Shown: one piece after another, positions 55,001 to 63,174 of the stretch
Layout of the letters: every line of letters begins with the position of its first letter
How positions within the stretch are numbered: position 1 is the stretch's first letter
NCBI GenBank assembly: GCA_002311345.1
Contig: DCAA01000023.1
Span: 59,494 to 123,493, forward strand
Direction: 5' to 3'
DNA: 64,000 nucleotides
Source of the DNA: Planctomycetes bacterium UBA1146
Lineage (GTDB): Bacteria; Planctomycetota; UBA8108; UBA1146
The notes under the pieces: model-generated
Seen by the model: only the letters and a program-made list of their open reading frames with translations
Told to the model about the DNA's origin: nothing
Database searches by the model: none
Program-made: the position numbers and the translations under genes

Positions 55001-58000
55001 CGGATCTCCTTCATCTCGATTTGATCGAACCACACTGTCCCGGTCTGCCCTTTCAGGTAACAAGCGATGTAGGTGGTCCTGCTGGTTCCTGGACTCCAAT
55101 CGAAGGAGATTCGAGTCCAGGCGGTATCGCGACGAAGAGGCTTTGACCTGGAGTTCCAGGATCCGAGTCGTCCAGTGAAGAAACCCACCAGCGCTTCGCC
55201 CTGGAACCCTTCTGCTTTGACAAGAGCAGTAACTCGATACTTTTTCCCAGGTGTTACCACGATCCGCTGGATGATTCCCCCGGCCCCCGGTTCCCTGAGT
55301 TCTGCTTTGAGTGCGGAACTGTCGGCAACGAGATTCTCGGTCTCGCGCACAAATCTGATCGAGCCTCCGGGATCGATTTCACCCGTGATCCATCCATCGA
55401 GGTACCCTTCGGCCTCGAAGGAACCGTTGATGAGAGGCTGATGGGCTTCGATGCGTGAGATCTCCTCCGAGAGGTCTTCTCCAGCGGGTCCCTCGTCGAG
55501 GACGCCCACGGGGATCGGGGTCCCTTCGGGAGACATCAACTCGAGTCTGAACCCACGGGTACCCACCAGTTGAGTCACCGCGACCTCGATGATGTTTTCT
55601 CCTGCCAGCAGCCTGACAGGGAAGGGTTTCTTGTTGTTGAGCATCAACTCGTCGTGCATCGGTTGGCTCATCTGCGCACTGGCATCGATGAAACCTATAT
55701 GTGATCCATTGACCTTGACTTGCATCTTCACGTCTGCCGCAATGGCGAGACGTGCATCGATGTCTTCCCCGATTGCGATCCTGCGGAACAGGAGCCAGCG
55801 CCTGTTCTTGATTCCCGGGGATTGCTGGGAAGAGAGATCGGTGAAAGGAGTCGGCCAGACCAGTCTTTTCCAGGGATCCTGTGCCTTGTCGTTGCCCTCG
55901 ACCGGCCCGCGAACCCACCAGCCATTGATGATCGTGCCATTGAGTCTGTTGTAGTTGAGTTGCTTGGGATGAGTCCGTGTGAACTTGACCGCAGTTCCAC
56001 CCAGGTCGACGCGCTCATCGAAGACGGGCCAGCCATTTGCGCGGAAGATCCAGGCAACATTTTTGCCCAGAGCGATGGAATAGAGCGCTGCGATCCGCTC
56101 GATGCTCGAGAGCCCATGTAGATTGAGCGTCTGTTCGGATGCACGTCTTTCGGTGAACATCTTGTGGTGTACGCCGAGACCGTGGAAGAAACGCAAGGCA
56201 GCAAAGACGGACGGATTCGGTTGCCAGGGTGACTTCCGATCACTATTTCGTTCGAGCAGCCAATCGAGGGTCCGCTGGAAAGTCCTGGCATTGAGCAGCC
56301 GATAACCGAGTTCGCCGTAGATTCCTTCATCGACACCGCAATCGGCCAGCAGCATGTACGGATCGTGACCGAAACCGATGTTGTGTCCGAGTTCGTGGGT
56401 GAAGGCACCTGGAAGAATGTCTCCCACTCCTGTGTATTCGTGGAGTACCGCCGCATCGAGAACGATGACTCCACCTCCGCCGAGTCCTCCCACTCCTGGT
56501 GGCAAGAAGATGTCGAAATCCATGAACAGTCGCGTGACCCCGTTGGCGGATCCAAGATGATCCCTGCATCCTTGCAGGCTGCGTTGAACTTCTGGCATCA
56601 TCGACTTCATGCGCGCTTTGAACACGCTCGGGCCGGATGCACTGGATCCGGCATCGTTGATGGTGATGGGGGTTTCGGATTTGGCGATTCCGCGGATTGC
56701 TGAATCTCCGAACGGAACATCCACCTGGATGCTCAACTTGTCGAGATCAACGCGTTGGAGAGTTTCTGGTTCTTGCCAGCGGAGCGTGCCCAGTTTCCGT
56801 TCCATCACTACTCTCCCATTGCGATCGACTGCCGCCAGAGAACCGTCCTTGCCCGGCACTTTCTCCAGAACCCGCCCGCTGGCATCCGAGATGGAGAGTC
56901 GCATCTGGATGTTCTTGTCCTTGCGTTCGAAATGGAGAATCGGTGTCCACGGCGATCTTGGTTCGAGGTCATGTCCTTCGCCGGGGGCCAGTGATCTGCG
57001 ATAGGGCAGAAAACGCGAGGACTGACCGCCGGGGAGCGAACTCCTCACATCGAGGCGATAGGTGCCGGGCATCACCCATGCGCGGCGAGCTTCAGCAGTA
57101 TCGAGGGTGAAACGCTCGCGGAATCCATCGACCGAAACCACTTCCACGGTTCCATCTCCGGCTCCTCCGAAGGCCGAATCAAACGAGTACTGGAGACGTC
57201 CCATCCGGTCCGGGACCACGGTCATGGGAACTTCATCTCGATCTCCACCGGTTCGATTCCTGAGCAAGAAAGGCTCGCCCTCCTTGGTCCGACCGATCAC
57301 GCAGACATCGACGGGAAGACCGGCGAGCAACAGTAGAAAACGTCCAGCAGGGATGCTGCGAGAGGACTCGAGGCGTCCTCGCGAACCCAACTCCCGGGCG
57401 ACTCTCTCGGTGGTATATGCCTGGGCTACAGGCTCCGGAGTCACCCACACCCGATCGACCTGGAGCCCCTTTCCTTCTCGATCCTGGACCACGATCACGG
57501 TCGATTTCTTGGGGGCCAGCGTCACCGTCTCTTTGCTGGCAGCCAGCGCTCCTTGCAGGATGAAGAGGCGTGGCAGCCGTACGACTATCGTCTGGGTATC
57601 GGGATCGATCTCGTCCTCGATCTCTCCATGAGCGATCACCGTCCATGAACCTGGTATCGCCATTCCCTTCCACGACCCATCGCCATCGGTTGTTCCTTCC
57701 ATCACCCCAAGACTTTCGTTGGACAGAAGTATTAGGCGAGCCCCGGCAATTGGTTTTCCATCGTCGTCGATCACTTTCACCTCGATGGGGTGAAGCTGGA
57801 ATTGCTCCCGAATCCATTCTTCTCGTTCACGTTCGTTGGCGATGGCGATCGCTTCCTGGGGGTTCTCCGAGCGGTGACCTGGCAGCAGAACTCGTTCTCG
57901 AGAATCGAGCAGTTCACCCTCTGCATCGAGCATCTCGACCAGGATGGGATTCTGCTGCGGATCCTCGATGGCGAGGTATCTTCTGAGGCTGCGTCCCGGA

Positions 58001-59085
58001 AGGATCCGGAATCTCATCTCGAGATTCTTGCGCAGGGGGGTGCGGATCTGAACGAGTTGTTCCGCGCCGGTCGAGTTCTCGACTTCCAGTGCGATGACCC
58101 GGTAGGCCTTGCGGTTTCTGGCGCCTCTTCTCTCCAGTTCTTTGCCTCGACGGTCGATGAAGGCGGGTCCGCCATGGTGATCTTTCTGGTGGTATTCGTA
58201 AGCGATGATCCGGTCGGAGGGGGGCCATGCTTCATCGAGGATCTTGAGAGTGACACGACCTTCATCGGGGGGAAGTAACTGTTCAACTTCGGGACGGGTC
58301 TCATCATCGGAGGAAGTGACCGGTTCCTGGTCGGTTTCCTCGAAAGGAATGTCGAACCTCGCTTCGGGATCGAATCCGACCGGGGGACGAACCACCGTAT
58401 CTACCCGCTTCACCACTTCCGGAGTCTCGCGAGGTTCCGGCGCTTTCTCGATATCGGAAGGATGTGGAATCGGCGCGGTGAGTTGGTCGAGCGGACCGTT
58501 CTTGCCCTGGAGAGAAGTGCTAGCCGTCGTGGAAATATCATCCGCTGCAGGTGAATCAGAATTCATCAGATTTTGCACGGTAAAACCGATTCCGATGACT
58601 GCTCCGAGCAGAAGCACAAGGGAACTGGGACTCAGAGAGGTTTGTGTCTGCGTTCGTCTGGCACGAGGTGCGATTTTCTCTGGCGCCCTAACCGGTGCCG
58701 CCGTTTTCGACTCGGTGCTCCTTCGAGGAGGAACGATCTTGCTCGGAGATGCAGCCTTCATCGGTGCTCTTTGCAAGTGGACTGTGGAACCGCCGATCAG
58801 CAATCTCGATCCGCTGGGGAAAGGAGCCGATCCCTGAATGGTTTTCCCATCGAGCCGTGTGCCGTTGGCACTGCCCAGATCTTTCACCACCAGGCCACGA
58901 TCCTCGGCGTCCAGTCTGGCATGGCGGCGAGATGCGCGGTCGTCGGAGAGCGGGATCTCGCAATCCGGGTCTCGCCCGATGATCCAGGGGCCATCACCGG
59001 CCAGCAGCATCGTCCTCTTGCCGGATGAGTCCTGGATGACCACAGAGAGGGGATGGCGCTTCTTCATCGTCTCACGCCTCTTCAT
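54997..59085 (-). CDS. FHA - TM - large extracytoplasmic region with metzincin-like HExxHxxGxxHD and C-terminal carbohydrate-binding-like domains
   Basis: FHA: WIIGRDPDCEIPLSDDRASRRHARL...DLGSANGTRL. TM: LVLLLGAVIGIGFTV. CarboxypepD_reg-like segment: IEVKVIDDDGKPIAGARLILL. Zinc motif: THELGHNIGFGHD. CBM_4_9-like tail: INGSFEAEG...GWI.... Confidence 0.75.
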   Translation of the reverse strand: MKRRETMKKRHPLSVVIQDSSGKRTMLLAGDGPWIIGRDPDCEIPLSDDRASRRHARLDAEDRGLVVKDLGSANGTRLDGKTIQGSAPFPSGSRLLIGGSTVHLQRAPMKAASPSKIVPPRRSTESKTAAPVRAPEKIAPRARRTQTQTSLSPSSLVLLLGAVIGIGFTVQNLMNSDSPAADDISTTASTSLQGKNGPLDQLTAPIPHPSDIEKAPEPRETPEVVKRVDTVVRPPVGFDPEARFDIPFEETDQEPVTSSDDETRPEVEQLLPPDEGRVTLKILDEAWPPSDRIIAYEYHQKDHHGGPAFIDRRGKELERRGARNRKAYRVIALEVENSTGAEQLVQIRTPLRKNLEMRFRILPGRSLRRYLAIEDPQQNPILVEMLDAEGELLDSRERVLLPGHRSENPQEAIAIANEREREEWIREQFQLHPIEVKVIDDDGKPIAGARLILLSNESLGVMEGTTDGDGSWKGMAIPGSWTVIAHGEIEDEIDPDTQTIVVRLPRLFILQGALAASKETVTLAPKKSTVIVVQDREGKGLQVDRVWVTPEPVAQAYTTERVARELGSRGRLESSRSIPAGRFLLLLAGLPVDVCVIGRTKEGEPFLLRNRTGGDRDEVPMTVVPDRMGRLQYSFDSAFGGAGDGTVEVVSVDGFRERFTLDTAEARRAWVMPGTYRLDVRSSLPGGQSSRFLPYRRSLAPGEGHDLEPRSPWTPILHFERKDKNIQMRLSISDASGRVLEKVPGKDGSLAAVDRNGRVVMERKLGTLRWQEPETLQRVDLDKLSIQVDVPFGDSAIRGIAKSETPITINDAGSSASGPSVFKARMKSMMPEVQRSLQGCRDHLGSANGVTRLFMDFDIFLPPGVGGLGGGGVIVLDAAVLHEYTGVGDILPGAFTHELGHNIGFGHDPYMLLADCGVDEGIYGELGYRLLNARTFQRTLDWLLERNSDRKSPWQPNPSVFAALRFFHGLGVHHKMFTERRASEQTLNLHGLSSIERIAALYSIALGKNVAWIFRANGWPVFDERVDLGGTAVKFTRTHPKQLNYNRLNGTIINGWWVRGPVEGNDKAQDPWKRLVWPTPFTDLSSQQSPGIKNRRWLLFRRIAIGEDIDARLAIAADVKMQVKVNGSHIGFIDASAQMSQPMHDELMLNNKKPFPVRLLAGENIIEVAVTQLVGTRGFRLELMSPEGTPIPVGVLDEGPAGEDLSEEISRIEAHQPLINGSFEAEGYLDGWITGEIDPGGSIRFVRETENLVADSSALKAELREPGAGGIIQRIVVTPGKKYRVTALVKAEGFQGEALVGFFTGRLGSWNSRSKPLRRDTAWTRISFDWSPGTSRTTYIACYLKGQTGTVWFDQIEMKEIR

Positions 59086-60307
59086 CCGTCAGCGACCAGA
59101 TCTCGACCAGATCTCCAGGTTTTACCGTCTGTTCTTGTGCCGGAATCTTGACCAGGCAGTTCGCGCGCGCGAATCCACTGAGCAGGTGAGAGCCCTGGCC
59201 AGAGGGGATCTCGACGCGATCTGCACCGCCTTCAGGATCGGGGCTGAAACGGCCCCTCAGTAGTCGCATGCGATCTCCCGGCGGCACCGGGTCTCCCGTC
59301 TGGAGAATCCCGTATCGTACCGGGTGGATGCCATCTGGTCTCTGTTCCATGCGGGCAAGAGCCGGGCGCACGAACATCTCGAAGGAGACCAGACATGCCG
59401 CGGGATTGCCCGGAAGTCCAAAGAAGGGCACACCGCCGAGAAGACCATCTACCAGCGGCTTGCCCGGCTTCATGGCGACCTTGCGGATCTGTACATCGTC
59501 GCCCATCTCGCGGGCCACTTCGCGGATGTAGTCGAGATCGCCTGCACTGATTCCTCCTGTGGTGATGATGGCATCGGGCTCGAGGGCGAGGGTTTCCTGC
59601 AAGCCATCGCGGATCGCATCGATATTGTCGAGCAGTACCGGTCTCGGGAGAGTTATCGCCCCCCACCTCTGGAGGCGGGCGCATAAAGAATAGAGGTTCG
59701 AGTTACGGATCTGACCCGGATTGAGATCGGAGTTGATCTCGACCAGTTCATTTCCGCTCGAGTGGACGGCGACCCGTGGTCTTCTATGAACGGGAATCTC
59801 TGTAGCCCCGATACTCGCCAGCAATCCGATGGCTGCAGGGCTGATGCGAATTCCCGGTTCCAGCACCGATTCGCCTGCAACTACATCTTCTCCCATTTTT
59901 CGAATGTGGCTTCCCGTGCCGATGGGACGGTCGAGCGTCACCTTCTCGGAATCGTACTGGAGACACTTCTCGAACGGGATGATGCAGTCTCCACCGGGTG
60001 GGATCACCGCCCCGGTATAGATCCGCATCGCCTGGCCAGATTCAAGGGGAGTGTCCCCCGGCATACCCGCTTCTATCGTTGCGACCACCGGCAACATGAC
60101 AGGCGTGGATTCAGATGCAGAACTGGTATCAGCAGCTCTGAGCACGAATCCATCCATGGCGGTGTTGTCGAAGGGGGGAATCGGGTCACGTGTGGATATC
60201 GAACTGGCGAGGAACCTGTGGGTTGCTTCTTCCAGTGGAATCGTTTCGGTACCAAGCGGTTTGATCCTGTCGAGAATCTGTTGGCGTACCTCATCAGGCT
60301 GGATCAC
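59072..60307 (-). CDS. moeA: Molybdopterin molybdotransferase
   Basis: PPFDNTAMDGFVLRA...ITTGGISAGDLDY... has the MoeA/gephyrin E-domain pattern. Confidence 0.9.
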   Translation of the reverse strand: MIQPDEVRQQILDRIKPLGTETIPLEEATHRFLASSISTRDPIPPFDNTAMDGFVLRAADTSSASESTPVMLPVVATIEAGMPGDTPLESGQAMRIYTGAVIPPGGDCIIPFEKCLQYDSEKVTLDRPIGTGSHIRKMGEDVVAGESVLEPGIRISPAAIGLLASIGATEIPVHRRPRVAVHSSGNELVEINSDLNPGQIRNSNLYSLCARLQRWGAITLPRPVLLDNIDAIRDGLQETLALEPDAIITTGGISAGDLDYIREVAREMGDDVQIRKVAMKPGKPLVDGLLGGVPFFGLPGNPAACLVSFEMFVRPALARMEQRPDGIHPVRYGILQTGDPVPPGDRMRLLRGRFSPDPEGGADRVEIPSGQGSHLLSGFARANCLVKIPAQEQTVKPGDLVEIWSLTDEEA

Positions 60308-60627
60308 GGTCCATCCTTCCCGAGGCTGTTTTCCTCGACCCAGCGCAGGTAGGGGGCATGGCCTCCTGCTAGCGGCAGAACGATCACCTCCGGACAGTCA
60401 TGGGGATGTCGGCGGGTAATCTCGGAGATCAGTTTCTCGATCGGCTGCAGGGCCGATTTGATCAACAGCATCGATTCCGTCTCATCGCAGGTTTTCCCTT
60501 CCCAGCGATAGATGGACCGGCAGCCGGGCAGGATGTTCACACACGCTGCCAGCCCCTCCTCGACCAGAGTTCTGGCCAGGTCTGGAGCCGTTTCGACCGG
60601 GTGTGTTACCAGTAGCAACTGGACCAA
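60304..60627 (-). CDS. cutA: Divalent-cation tolerance protein CutA
   Basis: LLLVTHPVETAPDLARTLVEEGLAACVNILPGCRSIYRWEGK... is present. TTG 60627 is preceded by GAGG and gives a typical CutA of about 107 aa. The ORF opens at 60696. Confidence 0.8.
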   Translation of the reverse strand: MVQLLLVTHPVETAPDLARTLVEEGLAACVNILPGCRSIYRWEGKTCDETESMLLIKSALQPIEKLISEITRRHPHDCPEVIVLPLAGGHAPYLRWVEENSLGKDGP

Positions 60628-60763
60628 GTGGATCCTCACTCGAACAGGGGTGTACGAAACTCGTGAGATCTTAACATGTGCGCCTTCCGTGGGCACGGGC
60701 AGCCACTCCCAACTCTGTCAGCCTGCTTATTGCCGTCAGCAGATTCCCGGGCACCATCCATGT

Positions 60764-63118
60764 ATGAGATGGTTCGAATTCGCGGATGAAGAAGGGTCTC
60801 GCCATGAGATTCCCGAACAGGACAAGTTCCTGATCGGGAGGGCTCATGGCTGTTCGCTCCGGATCGAGGAACCCGGTGTCTCGAGAAGGCACGCCTATGT
60901 CTGGGCGCGCGCAGGATCTGACTGGATCGAGGATCTCGGTTCGAGCAATGGAACCTGGTTGCTAGGAGATACAACTTCACCGAGAAGAATCGTCGACGAG
61001 ACATCCCTCAAAAATGGGGACCGCATCCGAATCGGATCGAGGGAACTGATTTATCGCAATGATTCTGACACGGAAGAGATCGGCAATGATCGCTGGCAGG
61101 ATGCACGAATCGTCGGCTCGGGAGGCATGGGAGAAATTCTGCGAGCCTACGATACGGATCTTGGGTGTTTGGTCGCGGTCAAGAAGATCAAATCCAGCGA
61201 TGAGGACCGAGCTGAGTTACTCCAAAGACTGCATCTGCGTGAAGCGTCCATTGGCAGGAGCATCGATCATCCGAATGTTGTGAGAGTGCTCGATGATGCG
61301 ATGGTCGACGGTGCTCCAGTGCAGGTGTTGGAGTGGATTGGCGGAGGAGATCTTGCTGGTTCGATGCGAACTCTTGTGGGCGATCAGGACAGTTGTTTCG
61401 AGATTGTGCGGCAGGTGGCGCTTGGACTTGCGGCTGCACACGACAATGAGGTTGTCCATGCTGATCTGAAGCCGGGAAACATCCTTCGACTTGCCCAGCA
61501 ACTGAAGTCGGATGAGGAACATATCCTGTTGCGAGGAGAGGACGACATCGCGACCGATCCTGCGGCGGAACGTGAGGATCAAAACGCCTTCCTGAAACGT
61601 GCCGCCGATGCATTGAAGGATCCACCATTCATCGCACGAAGCGGAGAACTGGCCTTGATCGAGGATGCTCTGGAAGGGCTGGAACGGTGCTGGATCCCGA
61701 TCTTCGGCGAGAGGGGGGTGGGGCGTCATCGCCTCGCGCAGGAAGCGCGACGGTTGCTGGGAGACCGGGTCCTCGAGGGTAAGGAATTCGAAATCCCTTC
61801 CGCTGGCTTCGATGGAGTGTGGTTGACTCCGATGCCACAGGAGTGGCCCGAAGAGAGCAACTGGGTCGAGGCACGAACTATTGCCGCAGAGTCTGGGATG
61901 CTCAGAGAGATTCATCTTGGTGCGCTGCTTCCCGGTCCTGCCGGAAGACTGGTGGAACGTCTGCTGGAGGCACGAAGCGGTGAAGGTTCGCTCTTTCTCT
62001 CGCGGCTGGATCCGACTGAAGGAGCCGACGGCCATCCCGAGAGATTGCTACGCAGCATCGAGAAAAGCATCGAAAGATCGGCGTGGATATCTCAGGAGGG
62101 TGGAGCGTTTCTAAATCCTCTGCGCATGAAGGAGAGTGTGCGCGAAGAGATGCAACGACTCTCTTCGGCGCTGGATGCGACTTTTTCCGCTTCCAAGAAA
62201 TTACTGGAACGCATCGCGCTTTTCGAAGGTGCGCTGACTGGTTCAGAGATTGCAAATCTACTCGATCATGATCGAGCCATTTTTCATTCCCTGGTAGAGG
62301 AGTCGATCGAGGTCGGGCTCATGACCAGGAGTGCCGATGGGACACTGAAGATTGCTAGTGTTGCTTTGAGTGAGGCTCTCACGAGACGTGTCCCCCTCGG
62401 TGAGCGAGAGACTCTGATTCGCGCTGGTGCTGATTTGGTGGAATCGCAAAGCGCTGGTCAGCAGGAAGAGCCGGTTTCGATGTTTCAGCGCGGCAAGTTG
62501 CTCAGAGCAGCAGGGCGGTTCCAGGGAGCTCTGGAGTCCATCCTCCAGGCGGGCCTGATGGCACGATCGGTATATTCCAGAACCCTGTTCCTCGAGGCGC
62601 TAGATGAGGCCAGGGAGTTGATCAGGGAAGCCGCAGCCGGGGGAGAACGTCGAGCGATTGATGCTGCCCTCAGGAGTGTTCTCGGTGGAGAACCAAAGGG
62701 TCTGGTCGCCATCGAGAGACTCAGGAAACTACCCATCGATGTCAGGGTCAAGATCGCTGATTTCGGGATTGCTCGCCGATCTGGTGAACAGATCGACCGC
62801 GATGGTATTGCCTGGGGAACTCCGCGATATATGTCCCCTGAGCAGGCACGCAGGGAAAGCCTGACGCCAGCCAGTGATATCTTCTCTCTTGGACTGCTGG
62901 CGAGCGAGTTAGTCGGGGGAGTTCATCCGCTCGGAAATTCACGCGGGATAGATGCGATCCGAAAACTGGCGAAGGGTGAGTTCGAGTTAGGTAAGTCCAA
63001 CACAACACCGGCCCCCTGGCGGCAGTTGATCTCGCGAATGCTCGATCTCGAACCATCCCAGCGGCCGAGCGCAAAAGAAATTGCCCGGGAGATCTCCGCC
63101 ATCCAGGTCCTTCTCTAG
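60764..63118 (+). CDS. FHA-domain Ser/Thr protein kinase with a very large insertion between the catalytic loop and DFG
   Basis: FHA: FLIGRAHGCSLRIEEPGVSRRHAYV...DLGSSNGTWL. Kinase motifs: GSGGMG, VAVKKI, HADLKPGNIL, then about 415 aa, then KIADFGIAR, YMSPEQ, DIFSLG. ATG 60764 matches the MRWFEF N-terminus before the FHA domain. Confidence 0.8.
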   Translation: MRWFEFADEEGSRHEIPEQDKFLIGRAHGCSLRIEEPGVSRRHAYVWARAGSDWIEDLGSSNGTWLLGDTTSPRRIVDETSLKNGDRIRIGSRELIYRNDSDTEEIGNDRWQDARIVGSGGMGEILRAYDTDLGCLVAVKKIKSSDEDRAELLQRLHLREASIGRSIDHPNVVRVLDDAMVDGAPVQVLEWIGGGDLAGSMRTLVGDQDSCFEIVRQVALGLAAAHDNEVVHADLKPGNILRLAQQLKSDEEHILLRGEDDIATDPAAEREDQNAFLKRAADALKDPPFIARSGELALIEDALEGLERCWIPIFGERGVGRHRLAQEARRLLGDRVLEGKEFEIPSAGFDGVWLTPMPQEWPEESNWVEARTIAAESGMLREIHLGALLPGPAGRLVERLLEARSGEGSLFLSRLDPTEGADGHPERLLRSIEKSIERSAWISQEGGAFLNPLRMKESVREEMQRLSSALDATFSASKKLLERIALFEGALTGSEIANLLDHDRAIFHSLVEESIEVGLMTRSADGTLKIASVALSEALTRRVPLGERETLIRAGADLVESQSAGQQEEPVSMFQRGKLLRAAGRFQGALESILQAGLMARSVYSRTLFLEALDEARELIREAAAGGERRAIDAALRSVLGGEPKGLVAIERLRKLPIDVRVKIADFGIARRSGEQIDRDGIAWGTPRYMSPEQARRESLTPASDIFSLGLLASELVGGVHPLGNSRGIDAIRKLAKGEFELGKSNTTPAPWRQLISRMLDLEPSQRPSAKEIAREISAIQVLL

Positions 63119-63174
63119 GGGGATTCCAACTTCTCGATGGTGTAGACTGGTCTCGTCGGAAGGAAGTGTTCCCT

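Noticed and set aside
18766-60307. Scattered Moco biosynthesis genes (moaC, mobA, moeA) considered as a hidden pathway island.
   Set aside because: They are dispersed among unrelated genes, no molybdoenzyme is present in the window, and this scattering is ordinary.
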